Shown piece by piece: positions 25,884 through 34,747 of a stretch of DNA of 64,000 bases. Origin of the DNA: Planctomycetota bacterium (GTDB lineage: Bacteria > Planctomycetota > UBA1135 > UBA2386); the NCBI GenBank assembly GCA_036376355.1, contig DASVAL010000017.1, forward strand, positions 7,800 through 71,799. The letters are read 5' to 3'. The notes under the pieces were generated by a model. The model did no database searches. It worked only from the letters and a program-made list of their open reading frames with translations, and was not told the DNA's origin. The position numbers and the translations under genes were made by a program. Position 1 is the first letter of the stretch; each line of letters starts with the position of its first letter.

Positions 25884-28800
25884 TCACAACTGCACGTCGA
25901 CCGTCTGGCCGGCGACCACCTCGACCGTCCGCTTCTGCTGCGGTTGCGCGGGTTGGTGCTGCTGGCCGCGTTGGCCGAGCCGTCCACCGAGCGACTCCAT
26001 CGACTCGAGCGAGACCTCCCACGTGCCGGGGCGCAGGCCGTCGAGCGTGCACTTGCCGCGGACCAGCATGCCGAGGACCGGTGCGATGCCCTCGCCGGGG
26101 CCGGCCCAGCGCGCGCGCACCGCGCCGAACGGCTGATTGCCGGCGGCCGAGACCTGCACCTTGCCGGAAGCGCCGAGCACGAGGTCGGGTGCGGCCGTCG
26201 TCGTGCCGCGCATCGCCGTGAGCTTGGCCACCGTGGGCGCGAAGCCCTTCGCCGAGGCCAGCAGCTCGATCTCGACGTCCGCGTCGATGCCGCGGACCTC
26301 GAACGCGCCGGCTGCATCGGTCTTGATCTGGCTGCCGCCGCGCAGGTTCATGCCCGATCCCGAGGCCAGGCTGTCCACGGCGTCCCCGAGCTCGCTCGCA
26401 GGGTCACCGCCCGACCGGGGCCGTCGCACGCGGATGCGCGCGCCTTCGATCGGCTTGCCTTCGGAGTCCCTGACGACACCGCGCAGCATCGTCAGGTCGA
26501 GGTCGACGTCGACGACGTTCTGGCCGTTGCGCAGCACGATGGCGACGGTCGTCGCGGTCGCGCGCGAGTCGTGCGTGATGCGCAGATGGTGCTCACCCTC
26601 GGGCAGCTCGCTCATCTCGTAGACGCCGCGCTCGTCGGTGCGCGGGCTGCGGTTGGCGCCGCCGCGGGCCCCGCCGCCGGCGAACCGCTCCGCGAGGTCG
26701 CCGAGCGCGTTGGCCTGCGGATCGCGAGCGCCCGACGCCGGCCCCTCGCGGAAGGCCACGCGTGCGCCCGCGAGCGGCAGGCCGTTCTCGCGCACGATGC
26801 CGCTCAGCGTCGCGGCAGGCGCCTTGGCGAGGCGCAGCGTTGCCGTCGCCTTGTCGGCGACGTCGATCGGCGACCACGGCGGCCCGTCGGCGGCCGCCTC
26901 GTTTCCGTCGATGCCGGGCCGGTTGGCCAGGCGCGCCAGTGCGCGGAGGCCACCGGCCGCGCTGCCGAGGCGGAACTCGTGCACACCGGGCGCGAGGTTC
27001 TCGAAGCGTGCGGTGCCCTGGGCATCGGCCTTCTTCGTGTCGACGCCTTCGCCGGGCGCGCGGTGCTCCACGACTGCGCCGGGAACCGGCTTGTCGCCTG
27101 GATTGCAGACCGTCACGGTGACGGCGCCACCGAGACGCAGTCGCGCCGTGTAGGCCGCGGGACCATCGGCCGAGAACACGATCGACTCGCTCGCGAACGG
27201 CGCGAAGCCCTGGGCGCGGACGTCGATCGCGGCGGCCTGCAGCGGGCGATTCAGCACGACGCGGCCTTCGCCGTCGGTCCTGCCGCTCGTGTTGGGACCG
27301 AAGTTGCCCGGCACGAAGCGACGGAACTCGCGCGGGATGCCGCGCGCGGTGGAACCCGCGCCGTGCTCGGGACCGACGAGGTGCACGGTGGCGCCCGACA
27401 CCGGCCGGCCACCGTCGAGAGCGACGACGGTGACCTCGAGCACCGGCACCGGTGCGAGCTGGATCGTGCCGAGATCGAGGTTGCCGGCCTTCGGCAGCTC
27501 GAGCTCGCGGCGTTCGAAGGGCGCGTAGCCGATCGATTCGATCGCCAGCGTGAACTTCTGGTTCGGCTTGGGCCGCAGGTTCGCGACGGTCACGGCGCCG
27601 TTCGGGTAGTGGGCCGGCCGGCGCGGCTGCAGGCCGCCCATCGCCGCAACTCCGCTGAGGATCTCGGCCACGCCGCCGCCGCTGCCACGCGCGCGGACGA
27701 GCAGACGTTCGACCGGTGCGCCCGACTTGCCGTCGACGGTCGTGAACGTCAGAGTGACGCCCGGGTCGAACAGCAGCTGGATCGAGTCGCCCGGCGAGGC
27801 CTCGACGCGCGCGCTGCAGGCCGCGCCGGCAGGCAGGCCAGCACCCGTGCGCGCGACCCAGACGCGCCACGTGTCGCGCGCGAGGCCGCGCAGCTCGAAC
27901 CGGCCGTCCGTGCCGATCGCGGCCGTACGCTCGCCGAAGCCGAAGCCGGCATCGTTCATCAGCTCGTCGAGGTCGGTGCCGAAGTTGCCGAGCATGCCGG
28001 CGATCCCGTTCATGCCGCTCGCGTCGCCCTCGGGGGCCTTCGGCTTCCTGGCTGCCATGACCTGCAGGCCCTTGATGTCCGCGGGCAGTCCGTTGACCAC
28101 GCCCGTGATCACGCCGCCGACCTGCATCGTCAGCACCACGGACTGCAGCTCGCGGCCGGCCTCGACGGTCATCGGCTGTGACCTCGTCGTCGGGTGCTCG
28201 GCGTGCCGCGCGCGCAGCGTCAGCTCACCGGGAGCCACGTGCGCGAGCTCGAACCGGCCGGCTTCGTCGGTGATCGTGCCTTCGCCACCACGCAGCGCCT
28301 CGACGTCGCCCATCTCGGGCACGTCGAACTCCAGGCCGCCCATCAAACGCTGCTCGAGCTCGAACACGCGGCCGACGCGCGCGCCGGCTACCGGCGCGCC
28401 GTCCCGAGTCACGACGCGGCCCGAGACGATCGCCGCTGCTTGCAGCGTCAGTGTGCCGACGTCGACGTCCTGATCGCGCGGGCGATCGAAGCGCCGGTCG
28501 AGGATGGCGTGGCCGCGCACGAGCACACGCATGCCGACGGCGCGCGACGTGCCCTTCGCGACGACGCGGAACCTGCCCTCGGAGTCGGTCGTCGCATCGA
28601 CGCGGTCCGCGAGCTGCTCGCGCACCGAGCGCAGCATCGCAGCGGGGTCGAAGCCGCCGGTCCCCCCAGCCTCGAGGTTGACGTCGAAGCCGCCGAAGTC
28701 GAACGACTGCGGGTCGAACTGGCCGTTCGCGTTCGCGAAGCCGAGACCGGCCGCGACACTGACCTTGGCGCCCGCCATCGGGCGCTGGTCCGGCCCGACG

Positions 28801-29072
28801 ACGCGGCCGACGAAACCCGGCAGGCGCTCGTCGACGCCGCTGCCGGCCGCGAGCGCTACGCGTTCGGCCCGGTCCTTCGCCGCGGCATCCTTCGGCTCGA
28901 GGCTGCTGCCGGCGTCGACTGGTGCTGGGACAATCGCCGGCGCGACCTGCTGCTCGGCGTCCTGCGGCGCGGTCGAGGTGGGTAGTTCGCCGCCCTGTGA
29001 CACGAACCACAGGCCGACTGTGGTGAGCACGAGGGCGATCAGGCCGAGGACGACGAGGGACTTGGACTGCAT
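25884..29072 (-). CDS. Membrane-anchored giant protein built from repeated CarboxypepD_reg-like beta-sandwich domains
   Basis: It has an N-terminal TM helix (LVVLGLIALVLTTVGLWFV). The pattern G.V...G.P..GA.V....... recurs about ten times (for example GRVVTRDGAPVAGARV and GVVRDSEGKPIEGARI). Confidence 0.8.
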   Translation of the reverse strand: MQSKSLVVLGLIALVLTTVGLWFVSQGGELPTSTAPQDAEQQVAPAIVPAPVDAGSSLEPKDAAAKDRAERVALAAGSGVDERLPGFVGRVVGPDQRPMAGAKVSVAAGLGFANANGQFDPQSFDFGGFDVNLEAGGTGGFDPAAMLRSVREQLADRVDATTDSEGRFRVVAKGTSRAVGMRVLVRGHAILDRRFDRPRDQDVDVGTLTLQAAAIVSGRVVTRDGAPVAGARVGRVFELEQRLMGGLEFDVPEMGDVEALRGGEGTITDEAGRFELAHVAPGELTLRARHAEHPTTRSQPMTVEAGRELQSVVLTMQVGGVITGVVNGLPADIKGLQVMAARKPKAPEGDASGMNGIAGMLGNFGTDLDELMNDAGFGFGERTAAIGTDGRFELRGLARDTWRVWVARTGAGLPAGAACSARVEASPGDSIQLLFDPGVTLTFTTVDGKSGAPVERLLVRARGSGGGVAEILSGVAAMGGLQPRRPAHYPNGAVTVANLRPKPNQKFTLAIESIGYAPFERRELELPKAGNLDLGTIQLAPVPVLEVTVVALDGGRPVSGATVHLVGPEHGAGSTARGIPREFRRFVPGNFGPNTSGRTDGEGRVVLNRPLQAAAIDVRAQGFAPFASESIVFSADGPAAYTARLRLGGAVTVTVCNPGDKPVPGAVVEHRAPGEGVDTKKADAQGTARFENLAPGVHEFRLGSAAGGLRALARLANRPGIDGNEAAADGPPWSPIDVADKATATLRLAKAPAATLSGIVRENGLPLAGARVAFREGPASGARDPQANALGDLAERFAGGGARGGANRSPRTDERGVYEMSELPEGEHHLRITHDSRATATTVAIVLRNGQNVVDVDLDLTMLRGVVRDSEGKPIEGARIRVRRPRSGGDPASELGDAVDSLASGSGMNLRGGSQIKTDAAGAFEVRGIDADVEIELLASAKGFAPTVAKLTAMRGTTTAAPDLVLGASGKVQVSAAGNQPFGAVRARWAGPGEGIAPVLGMLVRGKCTLDGLRPGTWEVSLESMESLGGRLGQRGQQHQPAQPQQKRTVEVVAGQTVDVQL

Positions 29073-29338
29073 GCCGCGGGAGCTCCAAGCCGGCGAGGTA
29101 CCGGCCGGGCGAGTGTTGCCTGTCGCGTCGCGGCGGGGACAGCGAAATCACCCTACCGCCGAGCCGGTTGGGCTTTGCGGCGGCCGCGTGTCGCGGGTGC
29201 GCGGCGGGGGCGCATCGCGCCTGCGGTGCAGCGGACCGCGAGTCCACGGCAGGAACGCGTCCCCGCTGGCCTGGGGCGGGCAATGCTGGTGTCGTGCTGC
29301 ACGAGCCTGGACCCCACTCGCGATCCCCTCTTCGCCCC

Positions 29339-30700
29339 ATGCGCATCTGCCTCGCCCTCGTCGTCCTTGCCTTGGCCCCGAGCACGTTCCTGCTGGCGCA
29401 GTCGGGGATCCGATGGACGCCTTCGTTCGACGACGCGCTCGCGGCGGCCAAGGCCGAGAACAAGGTCCTGATGCTCGCCTTCAACATGTCCGGCGAGCGC
29501 GCGAACGACGAACTGGTCGCCGACCACTACAAGGACCCGACGCTGGCGCGCCTGTCGCTGCGCACGATCAACGTGTTCTGCTCGGCCGCGTCCGAGGCGA
29601 GGGTGCCCGGCGTCACGGTGAGCCAGCAGCAGGCGGCCGAACAGAAGGCGCGGCTGCAGGTGCTGAAGATCGCGCCCGGTGAGGACGTGATCGCGCCGCA
29701 GCACGTGTTCCTCGACGGCAACGGCGTCTTGCTGAGCACGATCGCCTGGCGCGTGACGAAAGGTGAGCTCGAGTGGGCCTGGGTCGATGCCTGCCGCAAG
29801 CTCGACCCGAAGTTCGAGTGGCAGCTGAGCCCCGGCGCGCGCGCGCCGCGGCGCCTCGGCTTCGGCTCCGTCGAGAGCGGCCGCAACCAGGCTCCGCCGA
29901 CGAAGGAGCAGGTCGCCCAGGCGCTGAAGGAGCTCAAGAAGTCGCGCGGTGGGATCTTCCGCAACCTCTCGTCGGTCGAGGTCGTGATGCGCAGCGACGA
30001 GCCCGACGCGATCGCGTACGTCGAGGCGATGCTGAAGGGCATTCAGGGTGTCCATCTCGCCAACTCGCTCGAGGCGATCGGCCAGACGTCGCCGAGGGTC
30101 TACCACTCCGTCGTGACGCCGTATCTCGGCGATCGCGACGAGGACGTGCGCTACGCGGCCGCTTCCGCGATCGAGCAGCTTGCGGAGCCCAAGGCGCTGC
30201 CCGCCGTGATGAAGCAGTGGAAGAGCGAGAAGTCCGATCGTGTGCGCGGCCGCCTGCTGCGTGCGCTCGCGAACTGTGCGCCGGCCGACAAGGAAGTGCT
30301 GAACCAGATCGAGAAGGTGCTGGCCCGGGACGAGACGCCGGACATGCGCGCGCACGCCGTGCTCGCGCTCGCGATGGTCGAGGACAAGGCGAGGGTGCAG
30401 GCGGGACTCGCGCAGGCCCTGCGCGACATCTCGGCGAAGGTCCGTTCGACGGTGGCCCATGCGCTCGCGTCGCGCCGCGACGCGGACTTCGCGACGAGGC
30501 TCGACGATGCGGCCGCGAAAGAGGAGGACGCCGACACGAAGGCCTGGCTCGAGGAAGCTGCGAAGGTCGTGCGCGGCGCGGACTCGAGCGCGTTCCGGAA
30601 CTTCCTCGAGCGTGTGCTCGGCGAGACGCCGCCGCGGGGCGGCCTGTCGCGGTTCGGCGGCGACGGTCCTGGTGGCGGTGGTGGTGGTCGCCGCGGCTGA
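29339..30700 (+). CDS. Secreted thioredoxin-fold (DUF255/thioredoxin_7-like, no CxxC seen) plus HEAT-repeat protein
   Basis: Signal peptide (MRICLALVVLALAPSTFLLAQ). The segment WTPSFDDALAAAKAENKVLMLAFN is thioredoxin-like. HEAT-like repeats are present (VRYAAASAIEQL, MRAHAVLALA, VRSTVAHALA). The tail is Gly-rich (GGDGPGGGGGGRRG). Confidence 0.7.
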   Translation: MRICLALVVLALAPSTFLLAQSGIRWTPSFDDALAAAKAENKVLMLAFNMSGERANDELVADHYKDPTLARLSLRTINVFCSAASEARVPGVTVSQQQAAEQKARLQVLKIAPGEDVIAPQHVFLDGNGVLLSTIAWRVTKGELEWAWVDACRKLDPKFEWQLSPGARAPRRLGFGSVESGRNQAPPTKEQVAQALKELKKSRGGIFRNLSSVEVVMRSDEPDAIAYVEAMLKGIQGVHLANSLEAIGQTSPRVYHSVVTPYLGDRDEDVRYAAASAIEQLAEPKALPAVMKQWKSEKSDRVRGRLLRALANCAPADKEVLNQIEKVLARDETPDMRAHAVLALAMVEDKARVQAGLAQALRDISAKVRSTVAHALASRRDADFATRLDDAAAKEEDADTKAWLEEAAKVVRGADSSAFRNFLERVLGETPPRGGLSRFGGDGPGGGGGGRRG

Positions 30701-30769
30701 TCCTCGCCGCCACAAATCGACCGCGGCTGCCCTGGCGTGGGATCGCCGGCTCGTGCAGGATGCAGGCCA

Positions 30770-32056
30770 ATGACCTCCGCCGTGCAGAAGCCCTGCCCAG
30801 GTGCGGGCTCGACGTTCTTCCATCTGCGCGATGGAGAGCTGTGGTGCGAGGACCTCGCGATTCGTGAGCTCGCCGCGCGGTTCGGCACGCCGCTCTACGT
30901 CTACAGCGCCGCGACGATGGCTTCGCGTCTCGCCACCGTGCGCGCGGCGTTCGGCCCGCAGGCCCACATCTGCTACGCGGTGAAGGCCAACTCGAACCGC
31001 ACGCTGCTGCGGCGCCTGCACGCCGGCGGTGCGGGCTTCGACCTCGTCAGCGGCGGTGAGCTGCGGCGGTTGCAGGCGGCCGGGCTGCCGACGAGCGGCG
31101 CCGTCTTCGCGGGCGTCGGCAAGGAAGCGTGGGAGATCGAGGCCGCGGTCGCCGCGGACATCCTGTTCTTCAACGTCGAGTCGGCTCACGAACTGCCGTT
31201 GCTCGCGGCTGCCGGTGCAGCGGCGCGCAAGCGAGTGCGCGTCCTCGTGCGACTCAATCCCGACGTCGACGCGGCCACGCACGCCTACATCAGCACGGCG
31301 AAGAAGGACAACAAGTTCGGCATAGCACTCGACCGCGCCGGTGCGATCGTCGAAGCGATCGCGCGCGAACCGTGGCTCGAGCTGCGTGGTTACCACGTGC
31401 ACCTCGGCAGCCAGCTTCGCACCGTCGCTCCGTACGTCGACGCACTCGAACGCGTGCTCGAGTTCGCCGACGGTGAACCGGTCCGGCGCGAGGGCGTCAC
31501 GCACTACGACCTCGGCGGCGGCTTCGGCATCGCGTACGGCAACGGCGATCCGCTCGACGTCGGCTCCGTCGCGAAGAGCCTGCTGCCGCGCCTGCAGCAG
31601 CGCGGTTGGATCCCGGTCGTCGAGCCGGGCCGCTACCTCGTCGGCGACGCCGGCGTGCTCGTGACCGCGGTGCTCGGCGAGAAGCACCAGGGCGGCACCG
31701 ACTTCCTGCTCGTCGACGCCGCGATGAACGACCTGCTGCGCCCCGCCCTCTACCACGCCGAGCATCCGGTCGTTCCCGTCGGCACTTCGGCGGCGGAGCG
31801 GCGCGTCGTCGACGTGGTCGGTCCCGTCTGCGAGACCGGCGACTTCCTGGCCCGGAAACGCGACTTGCCGCGCTGCGAACGCGGCGACCTGCTGGCGGTC
31901 CTCGGCGCGGGCGCCTACGGTGCCAGCATGGCGTCGAACTACAACACGCGCCGCCGGCCCGCCGAGGTGCTCGTCGAAGGTGCCACGGTGAAGCTCGTGA
32001 GGTCGCGCGAGACGTTCGAGCAGTTGTTTGCCAGCGAGGATCTGCATGAAGACTGA
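30770..32056 (+). CDS. lysA: Diaminopimelate decarboxylase
   Basis: TPLYVYS, YAVKANSN (the PLP lysine), HVHLGSQ, GGGFGI, EPGRYLVG and CETGD are present. Confidence 0.95.
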   Translation: MTSAVQKPCPGAGSTFFHLRDGELWCEDLAIRELAARFGTPLYVYSAATMASRLATVRAAFGPQAHICYAVKANSNRTLLRRLHAGGAGFDLVSGGELRRLQAAGLPTSGAVFAGVGKEAWEIEAAVAADILFFNVESAHELPLLAAAGAAARKRVRVLVRLNPDVDAATHAYISTAKKDNKFGIALDRAGAIVEAIAREPWLELRGYHVHLGSQLRTVAPYVDALERVLEFADGEPVRREGVTHYDLGGGFGIAYGNGDPLDVGSVAKSLLPRLQQRGWIPVVEPGRYLVGDAGVLVTAVLGEKHQGGTDFLLVDAAMNDLLRPALYHAEHPVVPVGTSAAERRVVDVVGPVCETGDFLARKRDLPRCERGDLLAVLGAGAYGASMASNYNTRRRPAEVLVEGATVKLVRSRETFEQLFASEDLHED

Positions 32057-32246
32057 GCCGTCGTCCTGGTCGCATTCCTGGCGGCCGAAGAGCCGCTGCG
32101 TCTGGTGCTGCGTGTGGTTGTGCCTCTGCTTCGCCGCGGCAGGCTGCAGCTTCCTCGCGAACGAGTTCACGTGGCTCGATCGCGCCGGCCCCGCGGTGCA
32201 TGCCGCACCCGATGCCGCGCCGTCCGGAACCGTGTCCCGTCCCTGA
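32046..32246 (+). CDS. Small putative lipoprotein (66 aa), Cys/Trp-rich
   Basis: ATG at 32046 overlaps the lysA 3' end by 11 nt. A lipobox-like AAAGC is present. GC3 is high when the codons are read by eye. Confidence 0.45.
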   Translation: MKTEPSSWSHSWRPKSRCVWCCVWLCLCFAAAGCSFLANEFTWLDRAGPAVHAAPDAAPSGTVSRP

Positions 32247-32278
32247 CCGCCGCGCGCTGCATCACAGCGTTCGTCATC

Positions 32279-32629
32279 ATGGTCAGCGAGGGTCTCCGGC
32301 AGGTGCTGTTGGCTGGCGAAGGCGTCGGCGAGCTCGCGGGTCCTGGCACGGGCCAGGGTGTTGCCGACCATCCCGTTTGTGGCGATCGCGTGCAGCTCAG
32401 CGTGCAGCACGAGGCTGGCACGATCCGCGCGGTGCGATGGCGCGCTGCGGGTTGCCCCGCGTCGATGGCCGTTGCAGCGCTCTGCGCGAAGGTCCTCGTC
32501 GACGTGCCGGTCGCGCAAGCGCCTTCCGCGCTGCGCTCCGCGATTGCCGCGCATGGTGGCCTCGCGGCCCACGAACGGCACGCCGAGGGCATGGTGCTCC
32601 GGGCGCTCGCGGCGGCCGTTGCGAAATGA
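32279..32629 (+). CDS. IscU/SufU (NifU N-terminal)-like Fe-S scaffold-domain protein
   Basis: HPVCGDRVQL and AAGCPASMAVAA match the first two conserved Cys motifs. The third Cys is not evident. Confidence 0.55.
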   Translation: MVSEGLRQVLLAGEGVGELAGPGTGQGVADHPVCGDRVQLSVQHEAGTIRAVRWRAAGCPASMAVAALCAKVLVDVPVAQAPSALRSAIAAHGGLAAHERHAEGMVLRALAAAVAK

Positions 32630-32630
32630 A

Positions 32631-32648
32631 CGCCGGCTGATCCCGGCG
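32631..32648 (+). terminator. Short GC hairpin after the IscU-like gene
   Basis: The hairpin is CGCCGG-ctgatc-CCGGCG. There is no U-tract. Confidence 0.3.
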
Positions 32649-32838
32649 CAGCCGCGAAGAAAAGTCCAGCGCTTCTGTGTGCTGCCATGCCAATGGCCGT
32701 AGCTGCGCCGTCGCAATCTGCCTGCCGAGATCCCCTCTCTTTCCCCAAGGTGTCCACATTGCGCACGCTGTCCCCGCCCGGCGGGGGCAAGGCAAATGAT
32801 ATTTGGTGGAGTCGGTGCCCCTGGTGCCGAGCCTGCCA

Positions 32839-32932
32839 CGGATGCATGGAGATGGACCGACGACGACCCACAACTTGGGGCAGGCAGGGTCGTCTGGCGT
32901 CTTCCGCGTGTGTTGCGCGGACCATGCATCCG
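32839..32932. other. Nested stem-loop element in a 600-bp non-coding island (candidate structured RNA or protein-binding site)
   Basis: A perfect 11-bp inverted repeat is present: CGGATGCATGG (32839-32849) and CCATGCATCCG (32922-32932). It encloses an 8-bp inner stem: GACGACCC (32862-32869) and GGGTCGTC (32887-32894). Confidence 0.3.
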
Positions 32933-33228
32933 ATCCTTATTCTCTGGCGATCGCCCTTCTGGGCGATCCCCTTGTCTCCGCTCTCTCGTCCGCTGCTCTC
33001 GTTTGCACGCGCTCTCGCTCGCGGGCGCTCCGTTCAGGGGCTGTTCCCGCACAGGGCGCTCGCCGGGCGCATGACTCGATGGAATCGCGTTTGCACGTCC
33101 CGAATCTGGGGCAGGCAGGAACGGCAAGCGTGGTGATCCGCGCGAGGTAGCGCGGCGAGTCATGTGCCCGCATTTTCTTGGCTGCGCGGGCAGATTCTTC
33201 GCTGCCCGGTCAGCCGGCCGCGGCCACC

Positions 33229-34689
33229 ATGTGGGCCATGTTCATGGCTCTCGATCAGGGCACGACGAGCAGTCGTGCGATCGTGTTCGAAGCCGATGGC
33301 TCGGTGCGCGGCCTCGGCCAGTGTGAGTTCCCGCAGTACTTCCCGGCGCCGGGCCACGTCGAGCACGAAGCCGAGGAGATCCTGCAGAGCCAATTGCGCG
33401 CGGCCGAACTCGCGTGCGCCAGAGCCGGCTCGCCCTCGATCGCGGCCGTGGGCATCACGAACCAGCGCGAGACCGTGGTCGTGTTCGAGCGCAAGACCGG
33501 ACGCCCCGTGCATCGCGCGATCGTCTGGCAGGACCGGCGCACGGCCGATCGGCTCGCACGACTGCGCGAGCTCGGTCACGAGAAGTTCGTGCGCGAGCGC
33601 ACCGGTCTCTCGCTCGATCCGTACTTCAGCGCGGCCAAGATCGCGTGGATCCTCGACTCCGTGCCCGGCGCGCGCGCGGCCGCCGAACGCGGCGAGCTCG
33701 TGGCCGGCACGATCGACACGTGGCTCCTGTTCCGGCTCACGAACGGCCGCGTCTGCGCGACCGACCCGAGCAACGCGTCGCGCACGAGCCTGTTCGACCT
33801 CGCGCGCGGCGACTTCAGCGACGAGCTGTGCAAGTTGTTCTCGGTGCCGCGCCGCTGCCTGCCCGAGGTCCGCGATTCGGCGGGCGACTTCGGCGTCGCC
33901 GAGCAGGGCTGGCCATTGCGCGCCGTGATCGGCGATCAGCAGGCGGCGCTGTTCGGCCACGGGTGCCTCGAGCCAGGCGGCATGAAGTGCACGTACGGCA
34001 CCGGCGCCTTCGTGCTGCAGAACGCCGGCACGCGCGTGCCCGATCCGACACCCGGCGCGCTGGCGACGGTTGCCTGGCGGCTCGGCGGCGTGACGACGTT
34101 CGCGCAGGAAGGCAGCGTGCTCGTCTGCGGCGCCGCGATCCAGTGGCTTCGCGACCAGCTCGGCCTGCTGCAGTCCGCCGGCGAAGCCGAGGCGCTGGCG
34201 CGCTCGGTGCCCGACAGCGGCGGCGTCGTGTTCGTGCCCGCGTTCGCGGGGCTCGGCACGCCGTGGTGGGATCCGAGCGCGCGTGGGGTGCTCGTCGGGC
34301 TCACGCGCGGCACGACGAAGGCGCACATCGTGCGCGCCGCGATCGAGGCGATGGCGCTGCAGGTCGACGACGTCCTCCGCGCGATGAACCTCGAGCGCAG
34401 TGCCGCGAGCGCCTTGCACGTCGATGGCGGCGCCAGCGCGAACGGGCTCCTGCTCGAGCTGCAGGCCTCGCTGCTCGGCGGTTCCGTCGTGCGCCCGGCG
34501 CTGCTCGAGGCCACCGCGTTCGGCGCGTTCCGCATGAGCCTGCTCGGCGCCGGCCACTGCCGCGACGCGAGAGCGCTGCCGCAGCTGCCGGGGCAGCCGA
34601 CGGTCGTGCGGCCCGCTGCGCCCGCGACCGTGTCGGGCCTGCGCGAGCGCTGGGAGAAGGCCGTGCAGTCGGCGCGCGGCTGGGCCTGA
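33229..34689 (+). CDS. glpK: Glycerol kinase
   Basis: LDQGTTSSRAIVF, GITNQRETVVVF and the FGGY family C-terminus are present. Candidate starts are ATG 33229, 33238 and 33244. Confidence 0.95.
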   Translation: MWAMFMALDQGTTSSRAIVFEADGSVRGLGQCEFPQYFPAPGHVEHEAEEILQSQLRAAELACARAGSPSIAAVGITNQRETVVVFERKTGRPVHRAIVWQDRRTADRLARLRELGHEKFVRERTGLSLDPYFSAAKIAWILDSVPGARAAAERGELVAGTIDTWLLFRLTNGRVCATDPSNASRTSLFDLARGDFSDELCKLFSVPRRCLPEVRDSAGDFGVAEQGWPLRAVIGDQQAALFGHGCLEPGGMKCTYGTGAFVLQNAGTRVPDPTPGALATVAWRLGGVTTFAQEGSVLVCGAAIQWLRDQLGLLQSAGEAEALARSVPDSGGVVFVPAFAGLGTPWWDPSARGVLVGLTRGTTKAHIVRAAIEAMALQVDDVLRAMNLERSAASALHVDGGASANGLLLELQASLLGGSVVRPALLEATAFGAFRMSLLGAGHCRDARALPQLPGQPTVVRPAAPATVSGLRERWEKAVQSARGWA

Positions 34690-34747
34690 TGGCCCAGGAC
34701 GGTCCGCGCTCTTTCGTTGCTCGGGCCGACACCCTACAACCGCGCCC

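Noticed and set aside
32656-32667. GAAGAAAAGTCC, which is reminiscent of the RNase P RNA GAGGAAAGTCCGGGC box.
   Set aside because: The following sequence does not continue the conserved P4/J3-4 region. No ACAGAACCCGGCTTA-like 3' partner exists on either strand of the gap.
32804-32811. A minus-strand ...GACTCCACCA sequence that resembles a tRNA/tmRNA 3' end inside the non-coding island.
   Set aside because: No T-arm (GTTCRANNC with a 5-bp stem) precedes it. No complementary 5' acceptor strand (GGAGTCG) was found upstream. No tag-peptide reading frame (A-N-D...LAA) was found either.
32796-33074. A 92-aa ORF (and overlapping ORFs 32687..33136 and 32803..33150) in the glpK-upstream gap.
   Set aside because: About 40% of its codons end in A/T, whereas flanking genes are mostly G/C-ending. 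The translation is Arg/Ser/Cys/Leu-rich with no recognisable fold or signal.
29153-33163. A very long antisense ORF of 1336 aa. Similar cases: 3844..6240(-), 8988..11849(-), 11938..14514(+), 16252..18702(-), 34301..36874(-), 45550..47949(-), 46134..49136(+), 58248..60725(+).
   Set aside because: The translations are Arg/Ala/Pro/Gly-rich low complexity with no motifs. They mirror genes with strong family signatures on the opposite strand or frame. Stop-free antisense frames are expected when sense codons end almost always in G/C. The 29153..33163 frame even crosses three unrelated genes and an intergenic region.
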